Below, in pieces: positions 13,101 to 25,700 of a stretch of DNA of 64,000 bases (the stretch's first letter is position 1; every line of letters begins with the position of its first letter). The notes below the pieces were generated by a model, which was not told the origin of the DNA, did no database searches, and saw only the letters and a program-made list of their open reading frames with translations. Made by a program: the position numbers and the translations under genes. Source of the stretch: Macrostomum lignano (Eukaryota). The stretch lies in the NCBI GenBank assembly GCA_002269645.1, contig NIVC01001252.1:154975-218974 (forward strand), written 5' to 3'.

Positions 13101-16100
13101 GTGAGAGGGATAGGGTGAGAGGGAGCGGGTGAGAGGGAGAGGGTGAGAGGGAGAGAGTGAGAGGGAGAGGGTGAGAGGGAGAGGGTGAGAGGGATAGGGT
13201 GAGAGGGAGCGGGTGAGAGGGAGAGGGTGAGAGGGAGAGGGTGAGGGTGAGAGGGTGAGAGGGATAGGGTGAGAGGGAGCGGGTGAGAGGGAGAGGGTGA
13301 GAGGGAGAGGGTGAGAGGGAGAGGGTGAGAGGGAGAGGGTGAGAGGGAGAGGGTGAGAGGGAGAGGGTGAGAGGGAGAGGGTGAGAGGGAGAGAGTGAGA
13401 GGGAGAGGGTGAGAGGGTGAGGGTGAGAGGGTGAGAGGGATAGGGTGAGAGGGAGCGGGTGAGAGGGAGAGGGTGAGAGGGAGAGGGTGAGAGGGAGAGA
13501 GTGAGAGGGAGAGGGTGAGAGGGAGAGGGTGAGAGGGAGAGAGTGAGAGAGAGAGGGTGAGAGGGAGAGGGTGAGAGGGAGAGGGTGAGAGGGAGAGGGT
13601 GAGAGGGAGAGAGTGAGAGGGAGAGGGTGAGAGGGAGAGAAGCGAGTAGAGACAAGAAGAGAAAGGGGGGAGAGCAATCAGTCATTCTGGTGCACGCAGT
13701 GAGAGCACAGCATTGGCAGCACTCTACAAACAGAAGCAGTCTGCTGCACAACAGACCCGGTACCAGGCGACGCCCCTCAGCGTGATGGTGGCAATGTAGA
13801 GCGCATTGGTGGCGAAGTCCAGCAGGTTCCACATGTCGGTAACATAAGCCTTGGCGCCCTCGTTCCACAGCTGCTTGATCTCCTGCCAGACAAAGCCTGC
13901 GGGTGGCGGGAGTAAGCGCGCGTATCTGCAGGGGGCGCACACTGTTGCTTTGTCCTTAAATAAATACTTTAAAACACTTGTTTTGTTCAAGATGGTCAGC
14001 TGATACCCTTGCCAAGAAGCTTAGCAGTATCATGACCCTGGTGAAACTGAAAAAATCTAAATTAGCCAAAATTAGTTTGACAGGCTAGGGGGGTCAAAAA
14101 AGGGGTGGGTTGACCACCAGAAAAAATTCTATAGATTCGCCTCCGTTTTATATAATTTTAACTTACGCTCGTAGTTTTAAAAAAACTCAATGAAATGCCA
14201 AAATACTTTGTGAACAAGTCGATAGGTTTAGTTGCTTTCACAAGCTCAAAACTTCTCAAACTCAAATCTTCTCAAGCTTAAATCTTCTCATACTCAAATC
14301 TTCTCAAGCTCAAATCTTCTCAAGCTCGAAACTTCTCAAGCTCAAATCTTCTCAAGCTCAAATCTTCTCAAGCTCGAAACTTCTCAAGCTCAAATCTTCT
14401 CAAGCTCGAAACTTCTCAAGCTCGAAACTTCTCAAGCTCAAATCTTCTCAAGCTCGAAACTTCTCAAGCTCGAAACTTCTCAAGCTCAAAACTTCTCAAG
14501 CTCGAAATTTCTCAAGCTCGAAAGTTCTCAAGTTCGAGTCTTTACATCGCTGAAAAGTACAGTCCGAATACAGTAACTTTGGCTGCTTCCATCTGCCAGT
14601 GAAAAATTTGCGCCAATATTTTACGAGCGACGCGCACCCGCTTCCATTCTGCTCCATCATAAATATTTGGCTTCTCAGACTGACAGATCCATCTGCCATC
14701 TTTTAAAAACCATGATTGATTCGATTCAATAAATAACTTATTTCACTTTATTCGATTTATAATTTCCATACAGCCTTCCGCTGGTAATGCTTCGCTTATT
14801 CCAACATTTTCTTCTTGAGAATTTTCCTGCGTGTCGGATATCGAATAATTAATTGCCATGGGAATCGGCCGAGACGGAATGGCCAGAAATGAATCAAAGA
14901 TAGAGAGATGGAGGCTGGGATTTAAAAATCGCCAAAAATAGGGAACGCACGCCCGCTGGGAGAGAGAAAACTATCGACTGCTAGCAATCCAACTTCTGAC
15001 TTTCTGGGAAATGAGAATTAAAAGTGATTATCGCCGACGGCGCCTGGATGAAGGGGGTTTAGAGGGAAGGGATCAACAGGCTGGGGGCTTGGGGAGAGGA
15101 AGCGAGCACGGATTTTACCCTTGAGATTCTCTGGCGACCCAGTGAGGATTAAACAGAGCCAACTGCAGTCGGCTTTTATAGAGATTTAAACTCCGCAGGG
15201 TTCCTGTTTATTTCCATGGGTATGCGATGGCGAAATAGATTGCTGGGATTCTCCTCTCTTCACCCCCTCTGGCCCCTCCCGCAGTCTCTTCACCCCCTCT
15301 GGCCTCTCCCACAGTCTTCACCCCCTCTGGCCTCTCCCACAGTCTCTTCACCCCCTCTGGCCCCTCCCGCAGTCTCTTCACCCCCTCTGGCCTCTCCCAC
15401 AGTCTCTTCACCCCCTCTGGCCTCTCCCACAGTCTCTTTACCCCCTCTGGCCTTTCCCACAGTCTCTTCACCCCCTCTGGCCCCTCCCGCAGTCTCTTCA
15501 CCCCCTCTGGCCTCTCCCACAGTCTCTTCACCCCCTCTGGCCTCTCCCACAGTCTCTTCACCCCCTCTGGCCCCTCCCACAGTCTCTTCACCCCCTCTGG
15601 CCCCTCCCGCAGTCTCTTCACCCCCTCTGGCCTCTCCCACAGTCTCTTCACCCCCTCTGGCCTCTCCCACAGTCTCTTCACCCCCTCTGGCCTCTCCCAC
15701 AGTCTCTTCACCCCCTCTGGCCCCTCCCGCAGTCTCTTCACCCCCTCTGGCCTCTCCCACAGTCTCTTTACCCCCTCTGGCCCCTCCCGCAGTCTCTTCA
15801 CCCCCTCTGGCCTCTCCCACAGTCTCTTTACCCCCTCTGGCCTTTCCCACAGTCTCTTCACCCCCTCTGGCCTCTCCCACAGTCTCTTTACCCCCTCTGG
15901 CCCCTCTTGCAGTCTCTCTACCCCATCTGGCCGCTCCCCTCCCCAACCTTCCTCCTCTCTCTCCCCTCGATCCCACACCAGCCCCAGTCTCCTGCTCAGC
16001 AAATTGAATTTCTCCTATTTCTTTAAGCCACTTTCCCCTCAGATTTCTCCCGTTTCACTTGACCGCCAGCTTCTCCTCCCAGCGCCTTTTCTTACCCCAA

Positions 16101-16683
16101 AGTTTGCCAGTGCATTTAAACTCCACATTAATTGGAAGCAGAAAGGCGTTCCTTCCTTTTAATTTTAAGCTCGCTTGTGTGCTGTCCTCCTCCGCCAGTG
16201 TTTCTTCCGCTGTAGAGAATAGGCTAAGGGAGGCTTTTTTAGTTGAAGGCCTTTGGTCGAATTTTTTTTGGTCGGTTTTGGGGGAGTTCAGGAGAGGAGA
16301 CGGGACAGAGGAGAGAGCAAGTGGAGCGAAACAGAAGAAGTCTTGAGTAGTAAATCCGGCGCATTCTCCCTCGCCTGCTTAACTCAGATACCCGTACGAA
16401 ACGGACAGAAAATGCAGCTCTCGTGTCGCCTGGGTGGTTAACTTTCAAGCCCCCCCCTGCCGCCTGCTCAGCCAATAATTGCCGAAAATTTTATTGCCTC
16501 TGAATTGACTTTTTATATGCTACAGTGCTGTAAGACCTACAGAAGAACTCTGCTGACAATAAGCTGAAACTGGGGTTGATGTTCCTTTCTTCAATTTCCT
16601 TCACTTCTCTCTCTTCATCAGGGAATTCGGGCAGATGAAAGCTCTCGCCCCTATGTTTTCTTTACACATTTCCTTACCTCTCT

Positions 16684-16757
<74 letters not shown>

Positions 16758-19700
16758 TTTCCCTCTACTTCTCTCTCTCTCTCTCCATCTCCCTCTACTT
16801 CTCACTCTCTCCATTTCCCCTCTACTCCTCTCTCTCTGTTTCCCCTCTACTTCTCTTTCTCTTTTTCCCCTCTACTTCTCTCTCTCCGTTTCCCCTCTAC
16901 TTCTCTCTCTCTCTATTTCCCCTCTACTTCTCTCTCTCCGTTTCCCCTCTACTTCTCTCTCTCTATTTCCTCTCTACTTCTCTCCCTCTATCTCACCTCT
17001 ACTCTCTCCGTCTTTTTCTTAACTCTCTCCCTCTCTACCGCTATATCTTAACTTGTAATTTTCAGCCTCCTAAAGCCGCTGAATAACCGGGCAGGATTGC
17101 ACAGCGGACCGACCATCACTAAAAGTCTGACTTGGCCCCATCTCCTAATAGAGAACTGCGGTTGCTAGCAGGACAGGCCGGCAGGCGAGCCTTCAGGCTA
17201 CGCCGGGGATCCGGGATCAATCCATGCCGTCTCCCCCCCCCATATTCCCGACGTAGCGGCCTGAACTCGCCCCAAAACTGACATATACTATCAAAATCTC
17301 CATTCCGACAAATGAGAATTCCCAGGCTCATATTCTCCCTGCCTGCCAGCTGGCTGTGTGCATTGCTAGAGGAGCCCCGAGGGCTGAATGAGAGAGTGAT
17401 GGGGGAAGAGTGGGTGCGAACGGGACCGACTTCTCTCTCTCTCTCTCTCTTTCTCTTGCTCAAGCACTTGTGAATAAGAGCATAATCCCATGACCGACAG
17501 AGAGAGAGAGAGAGAGAGAAAAGTATGGAGAATCAGGATTGTTAAACAGCCTCAATCCTGAGTCCATATTGATTTGGATTTGGCCTGATAGAGTTTAAAT
17601 TGGAGCGAATGAGAATGAGCATCTCTTCCTGTAGAACAGCCGGGCCAGTCGGGCAACTCACCCATCACGTAGGTGACGATGATGAGCTCCACTGCCGAGG
17701 GCCCGGCGCCTCTCTCCTTCATTTTCAACTCCATAGTGTCGAATAGGAGGTCCTCGACTCGAATCGCGGCCAAAACCAGAAAACCTAATTTCAGGTGTTA
17801 TTGAGGGGAAATTGATTGCACTAACCAATAAAATAATAATAGTAGCAATAATTGATTGCACCTGCCCCAATTAGGCCAGATGTGCAACCGACAGCTCAGC
17901 CGCAGCTATTGCGCGGCGCATCTGAGGGCTGAGTACGGCTGTTCAGTCCAAGGACTGGGGGGTCGCCACACACAGCCTCAATTACCCCAGCTAATGCTGG
18001 CACCTATTTTACAGCTGGGTGAACTGAAGCAATGCAGAGTTAAGTGTCTTGCTCAAGGACACAATTTGTTCCGAGTGAGTCGAGAATCGAACCCCCGACC
18101 TTTCAGTCGTGAGTCCGATGCTCTAACCACTAGGCTACAACCCTAGTAAAGAAACAAGGAGTAAAGTAATATACAGGTTAAAATTATTAATAACCAAAAA
18201 TATAGAGGCCAAACATTAGGGAAGGTCAAAGAAGGTCAGTAGCCCCCCCCTCAGACTGAAAATGGTTAGTCACGTGACGCTAAAATATTGATTTGCTAAT
18301 ACAAATACAAATCTAACAGGACAAAACACACGGAGCCGGTCCTCACCCAGAAACAGCAGGTAGGAGGCGCTGTGACAGATGAACTTTATGAAGGGCTTCC
18401 GCATTTTCTGGCCCATCTCGGAATGCGGCGCCAGCAGGTACATGAACGCCAGAGCGGGGAAAATCCCGGCAAAGGTGGCAATCATGCCCATCTGCAGGAT
18501 CAGGTGCTTGCGCCGGAAGCCGGGCAGACCGTCGTACCACAGCGCCGCCAGCAGCTGCTGGCAGTGCGGATGAGCCACGAACTGAGGGATCGGGTTTTGT
18601 GGCGGAGTTATTGGCGACACTCAAGTTGGCACCCACCTGACACTTAAGTTGGCACCCACCTGACACTTAAGTTGGCACCAACCTGACACTTAAGTTGGCA
18701 CCCACCTGACACTTAAGTTGGCACCCACCTGACACTTAAGTTGGCACCCACCTGACACTTAAGTTGGCACCCACCTGACACTTAAGTTGGCGCCCACCTG
18801 ACACTCAAGTTGGCACCCACCTGACACTTAAGTTGGCACCCACCTGACACTCAAGTTGGCACCCACCTGACACTCAAATTGGCGCCCACCTGACACTAAA
18901 ATTGGCACCCACCTGACACTCAAATTAGCACCCACCTGACACTCAAATTGGCACCCACCTGACACTCAAATTGGCACCCACCTGACACTCAAATTGGCAC
19001 CCACCTGACACTCAAGTTGGCACCCACCTGACACTAAAATTGGCACCCACCTGACACTCAAGTTGGCACCCACCTGACACTCAAGTTGGCACCCACCTGA
19101 CACTCAGGTTGGCACCTACCTGACAATCAATTTGGCACCCATCTGACACTCAAATTGGCACCCACCTGACACTCAAGTTGGCACCCACCTGACACTCAAG
19201 TTGGCACCCAACTGACACTCAAGTTGGCACCCACCTGACACTCAAATTGGCGCCCACCTGACACTCAAGATGGCACCCACCTGACACTCAAATTGGCACC
19301 CACCTGACACTCAAGTTGGCACCCACCTGACACTAAAATTGGCACCCACCTGACACTCAAGTTGGCACCCACCTGACACTCAAGTTGGCACCCACCTGAC
19401 ACTCAGGTTGGCACCTACCTGACACTTAGGTTGGCACCTACCTGACAATCAATTTGGCACTCCCTGACACTCACGCGCCATGCTGGCATCCCTAGCTGGA
19501 GTTGGCGCCCCTAGCAAGATTATTCACTCCAGCTTCCACATCCCCATCTCCTTGTCTCAGTCCAGATTACTTATAAGCCCACTTATGAGCCAACAGAGTG
19601 CTTCAACTCCGTATATGGATGGGACAAGCGGAGACGCTGTTTACGCTCCATCTCCATCTCCATCTCCATCTTCCTGTTGACGATTGGTCCAATTTGGTCA

Positions 19701-22700
19701 ACAGGCGCGCTAAACAGCTCCACCGACAATCGCGGTTGTAAAGCCTCAGGTAAATGGGATTTATTGTACTATAAGTACAAATTATTGCCGCAGGCTGGGG
19801 TAAACTGGGTTTGGGCCTTTTAGGGCCAATTGGGGGCAGTCAAGTCAGGCTTTTTGCCTCAAGGGCCAACTGCTGCAGCTAGTCAGGCTCCTGGCTTCTA
19901 GTAGGCGAAATAGAAGATGATAGGCTAAGACTTTTGGAGACAGCTGACTGCCTGCCCCCCCCCCCGATATCTGCGGCTGGTTGCTGCGGGGTGGGGAGTG
20001 CACACATCAGTCAGAGCAGGCTGCCTTGTCTGGTGAAGGCATCTGTCACAGTTAACTCTCCTCTCCTCTCTCCTCTCCCTCCGTTCCTAATATTCGCATT
20101 TTCAAGAAGATAAAAGACCAGACCAGCGCCCAACCCCCCCCCCCCCACGGCTCGACTTGAATATGATGAAGCCATATATTCAATAGCTCGTATAATATTG
20201 TATATGAGATATGCATAATCTATATTAACATACAGTGGTTTCAAGACCCGCTGTCACTCCGCTAGACAGATAATGAAAAAATCGAGAATAAGGAGGAGAG
20301 AGAGAGAGAGAGGAGAAGAGTGACAGCGGCTGAGCTGTGTGTCAATACAGAAGCCCCTGACAGGCGGGCACACGGTTAGGCTGGGCACTGATATTGGGGA
20401 AAAAATTGCCACAAGATGGCACCTATGTACCATTAAACTACTGCCTTTCTGTAGTTCAGAAAGCCCACTCATTAAAATTCATGTGCCTATCTTTGTGTAC
20501 AATCTGTGTACAATTGCTCTCATTAATTGCTCTCGTTAATAAGACAAGCAGAAATTTTTAGCAAGTGACAGACTTAATGTATACTTGTACAAAAAAGAGT
20601 ACAAGATTACAAGAAGTTTATTTAGGTTAATGTTTGTGTAGTATTATTGCTTGTTTTACTTGTTAACTAGCTTGTAAGTTAGTAAGTTAAATAATTTTAC
20701 GATTTCTAACATTACAAATTGTTTACATTTAAATACTCAGAAACAGCATGGGTTTTATAGAAAAATTTCGAAATAACTATATTCTTTTTGTGTAGCAAGT
20801 TCCTCAAATATTAACCAGAACTACATGCATTTCTGCAATAATATTGCAAGGTACGCTCGTATTAGCATATAAAGTAGCAAAAGTATGAAAGCTTTCTACA
20901 GTACGGGAGCTTGCAAAAATTTTAGTATTTTAAATTTATAGGGTCCTTTGAATACTACTTTACTGTAAGACTAACAACCACTGCCATTTCTTTTACCAGT
21001 AAAGCAGAAAACCGAGTTACCGGGATTAAATGTGGTGGCTGTTGTAAGCAACCACGGCGCGCAAAAGATTTTGGCCAAACTCAGCATGGTGCGCTGGCAG
21101 GCTGTACCGTGACCACGTTTTGGCAAAATCAGAGTGAACACTCTCCACTGCTTGCTCGCTGCAGCTGCCAAGCGCTTGCCCTGTCCGCCGGCAGAACTCT
21201 CCAACATGGCAAAAGACAACGTGAACTTTTGGGGTGACAGGTAAGCTTAAGCTCATGTAGGCCAGTCGAAAATTCTCAATTGCCTCTTCAAAGTCTGCCG
21301 CCAATTCGGTTCCAAAGGCGCTGCTGACCAGCCGATCGAACGCCATCAGACACGCCCCGTACGGCTGTAATGGTGGAGGCAGATCAGCGTGAAGCTGCGG
21401 TGATTTGCGGAGCAGCTGGCGGCAGGCGTTTCCTTCCATCATGCCACCTCTGTAATCAGCTCGAATAATGCCATGCTGATGAGCCCACTCGAACGCGCGA
21501 TTCGCACCCCAAGCTTCGTTGAGCTTGTCCAGCAGTCGGTTGCTGACTCCAAGGAGCAGGTGCAGCTCAGGTGGCGGCAGAAGCATCAAAACTTCTTTGT
21601 CATCATCGCCTGGTAGCAGTGGCATGTTGACACAGTTTTTAAAGTTCTTTGCCTTTGCACGAACTTGGCCAGCTGCTTGAAACTGCTGAGCAAACTGCCG
21701 AATTCTCCCAAGAGTTCTTGGCACACCATTTTCTGTAAGAGGAGCCAGAGCTTCGCAATAGGGGCACGGATGTGTACAGGAATGAGGTTGCAGTCCGCAG
21801 ATGATGTTTGCAACTTTCATATCTGCAGTGACTGGGATTTGAAGTTCGTTGACAGCGATCGCCTCTAGCAGAGCCTGAATATTTCCGTAAGTCTCAGGAA
21901 CGTCGTTGACGATCGCAAGCAACAGGATCTTCTTGACACCCGTGTCACAGAATTTCCTGCTGTTGGCTCCTCGAGTTCCGATTTCGGGTTTTGCGTTAGA
22001 GCCAATTATCGAAACGCAAACTTTAAAAAATCCGCCGCCACCATCGAGACCCAGCAGACAGTGAAAATCATTGAAACTGCGTTGCTGAGCAACATGTGCA
22101 ATGAGTTTGACCGAGTCGTTGCAGACAACAGTCGGGCGGCAAATAGTGTCGGCTGTTGCGGCAGTCGAGGTCAGCTCCGAGAACTGGAGATTCTGGATGT
22201 CGAAGTAATCCTCTAATGCTCGATTTTGCTGTACCAAAATTTTCTTCAAGTTTGACTCGACTGCACGAGATGAGCTCGCGCCAGCACGAAGCACTTGAGC
22301 AGCCTGTAGCACTTGATTGTTGCTCAGATTCAGAGTTGTTTTCAAGTGCATCATAGTGTCCGTCCTCGTTGGAGGAAAGCTCGCACTGCTGTTTTGAGCA
22401 ACATGCACAGCAACTCGAATCGGATGGCCGCCTCGATGTCTGGCCAGAGTGATCGAATTCGAATCCGCCGTCGACCCACCCGTCTTTTCGGCAATGCAGT
22501 TGCTGGCCAGCATCTCCCTTGTCCTTGGGCTGACTGTTTGCTCAATGTTAGTCACCTTAGCTGTCGAGTTGCATTTGTGCTGTTTGCCACGCCCAACTGG
22601 AGAATGACAGTATGAGCAGGAAAGCACAGCCGTTGCTCCTTCAGCTGGTGCTGGGGATCTTTCGCGTGGTCGACCAGGTGGGGCTCGAGCAGGACCTGTT

Positions 22701-25700
22701 GTGTAAGGCGTCTTTGGATCGCTGCCTTTGTGGTGATTGCCACGAGCCATTTCGCACAGTTGGCAGTTGCAATCCGGTCTGCTTCTGGTGGCTGGAGGCA
22801 GACTCTTCATGTCGGCTATTATCTTCTCGTAATCTGGTCGCGGTGGCAGAGCACGAGGCGTCAGACTTCTTAGTGACGATAAAACGCGCCTGCAGCCCTG
22901 GCAAACTCCTTCAGGTAGAAAGTGCCGCACTGCCTCGTAGTCCTGGAACAAGTCGGCTGCCACGGATTCGAAATTAGAGCAAGAAGAAATCAGCGCAGAA
23001 GCTCGTCTCAAGCAGAGCAGGCACAAACTTTGCCTGTTCTCGTTATGAGTTTTTTTTGTCGTTGGCATTGTAGACAGTACAAGCTATGCAAACAACTCTT
23101 TCAGTTCAGGCACTCGCTTGTTTTAGATCAAATAGAACTAGATCAAACCTTTATAAGTAAATTGAGCAGTATGATAACCAAGTTAACGCACCTGGCAGAA
23201 ATATTACAAAGCAATTATAGATAAGATACTACTGTGTTATTACTATTGATAAATTCCTCTTTATGACTGCAATTATAAGGCATAAGCTACCTGTGGTGCA
23301 GCGTTTTATTGCTCAAGCAGATATGGGGCAATATTTACTCCCAAAGTCCTTTGTGGTCTATTCATAATTATCATCTGATTAGCAAAAATTCTATTAGAGC
23401 AATAAAATATTTTGTTTTAAAGTGTACCGAAACATATAGTGCCATACACAGCAAAGATAGGCACATGAATTTTAATGAGTGGGCTTTCCAAACTACAGAA
23501 AGGCAGTAGTTTAATGGCACATAGGTGCCGTCTTGTGGCAATTTTTTCCTCAATATCAGTGCCCAGCCTAACCGTGGGCAGTGTCCCCCAGCTACCGTTC
23601 AGGCTGGGCTCATCTTCGTGTATTGAGAGCGCGCAAACTCTCACGCAAATTCCTTCCAGATCTGTAGCCGAATCAATCCAATCAGTCCTGTCAATCTAAT
23701 CAACCTGTCAATCCAATATAAATGTCAATCTAATCAACCTGTCAATCCAATCAAACTGTCAATCCAATCAAACTGTCAATCTATTCAAACTGTCAATCTA
23801 ACCAAACTGTCAATATATTCAAACTGTCAATCTAATCAAACTGTCAATCCAATCAAACTGTCAATCCAATCAAACTGTCAATCCAATCAAACTGTCAATC
23901 TAATCAAACTGTCAATCTAATCAAACTGTCAATCTAATCAAACTGTCAATCCAATCAAACTGTCAATCCAATCAAACTGTCAATCTAATCAAACTGTCAA
24001 TCCAATCAAACTGTCAATCTATTCAAACTGTCAATCTAATCAAACTGTCAATCTAATCAAACTGTCAATCTAATCAAACTGTCAATCTAATCAAACTGTC
24101 AATCTAATCAAACTGTCAATCTAATCAAACTGTCAATCTAATCAAACTGTCAATCTAATCAAACTGTCAATCTAATCAAACTGTCAATCTAATCAATCTG
24201 TCAATCTAATCAACCTGTCAATCTAATCAAACCTGTCAATCTAATCAAACTGCCAATCTATCAACAATGTCACAAGAGACAAAGAGTTGAAATTCAAGAA
24301 AACTAACAAGCTTTATCTTAATTTTATCGCAACAATTAGAATACTTAATCCGCAGCATCTGAAAAGTGCAGCGACAAAGGAAATCGAACCCCAGACCTTC
24401 AGAGGCGCTCTATCAATTTGAATCCGCTCTCCGACTCTGAACGAGACGGGCAGCAAAAAGAGAGGAAAAGTAGCATATAATTAGGAGGCGGAATCGCTCA
24501 TAATTATTTAAATTGGCGCCGGGATGCAAATTGGAGGGGATTTTTTTCCGGAGCTGGAGGGGAAGAAAGCGAGGACGGAAGCGAATTCCTTGGGACAGCC
24601 GCGCAGTTCTGATTGCAACGCTGCTCCATCAGTCCAAATCCTACAGCCTCCGACTCGACTTCCCTTTTTCGGCCAGTGCAAAGGGTTGTGCAGAAAATTG
24701 CCGAGGAGCAAAGAGTAGCCACTGACTGAGGCTGCAGGCTGGCATAATAAATCGCTTCATCTTGGACTTTGGGATGCTGGAGACTGGAATACAGCAAACA
24801 GTACAGTTTCCTAAGGCAGCCTACGACTGCTCAATCATATTCTTCAGGTCAGAGGTCAAAAGAGTACAAGCTCGCGATAAAAGTGCTAATACGAGCACAG
24901 TTTATCTGTACGCTTCTGGGAAAGAATATAAATATGTAAATATTTTATTAAAAACATAGACCGAATGTATGAGCATTCTTGAGCCCTAACCCTAATCCTC
25001 AGTACCCTCCAAACCCTCTGCCCTACACATTCTACATGCACTCCACAGCCTCCGTACACTCCTGACCTTGAATGCTCTCTTCACCCCTATACCCTCCGCA
25101 CCCTCTGCACCCTCCGCACCCTCCGCTTCCATGGCTCATCATCGCGGATCCTCACCTTCTTCTGCTTGTATTTAATCGCCAGCTTCAATCTGGACAGAGT
25201 CATCCGTTCTTCATCAGTCTCTTCCAGCGCCTTCTCGTTCACCTTGTGGCCGCTCTGGCCGATGTCCTGGTTGAGCACGATAGCCAGCTCAGCGGAACTG
25301 CGGGTCTGCTCCAGCAGGGCGGAGGCGTACTCCTGGCACTTGGCGGCCAACTGCTCGTACTCGCTCTTGAACTCGTTCTCCAGCCTCCCTAGTCGCTTCA
25401 TCTCCCAGCTGAGCTCGAAGGCGGTCAGAATTGGATCCTTGCTAGACAGGCAGATCAAGGAGGGACTCGCCAGGGCTTTGTAGGCGTTGATTCGCGACTT
25501 GGAGTGCCGCAGGCTGTCCTCCTTCTGCGCCAGCACGCACTCGTCGCAGGCGCAGCGCAGCTCGTGCGGCTTGGGCACGCGGTCGCCGCGGTCCAGCAGG
25601 ATCTTCAGGATCTCGTAGTTGTCGATATGAGCGGCCAGGATGATGGGCGTGATGTCCGGGGTGAAGCTGCTGGACGGCACCGCGCCCATGGGGCCCTGCA

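Noticed and set aside
18070-18143. Functional tRNA gene
   Set aside because: A and B boxes are present, but I could not see a complete acceptor-stem pairing, and the sequence continues into a SINE-type body.
20371-23576. ProtoRAG/RSS-like system (CAC heptamer plus A-rich nonamer, RAG2 partner)
   Set aside because: Both TIRs are symmetric with no 12/23 asymmetry. The A-run lies about 21 nt from the heptamer and does not match ACAAAAACC. There is no second ORF for a RAG2-like protein, and the 4-bp TSD fits Chapaev rather than the 5-bp Transib/RAG.
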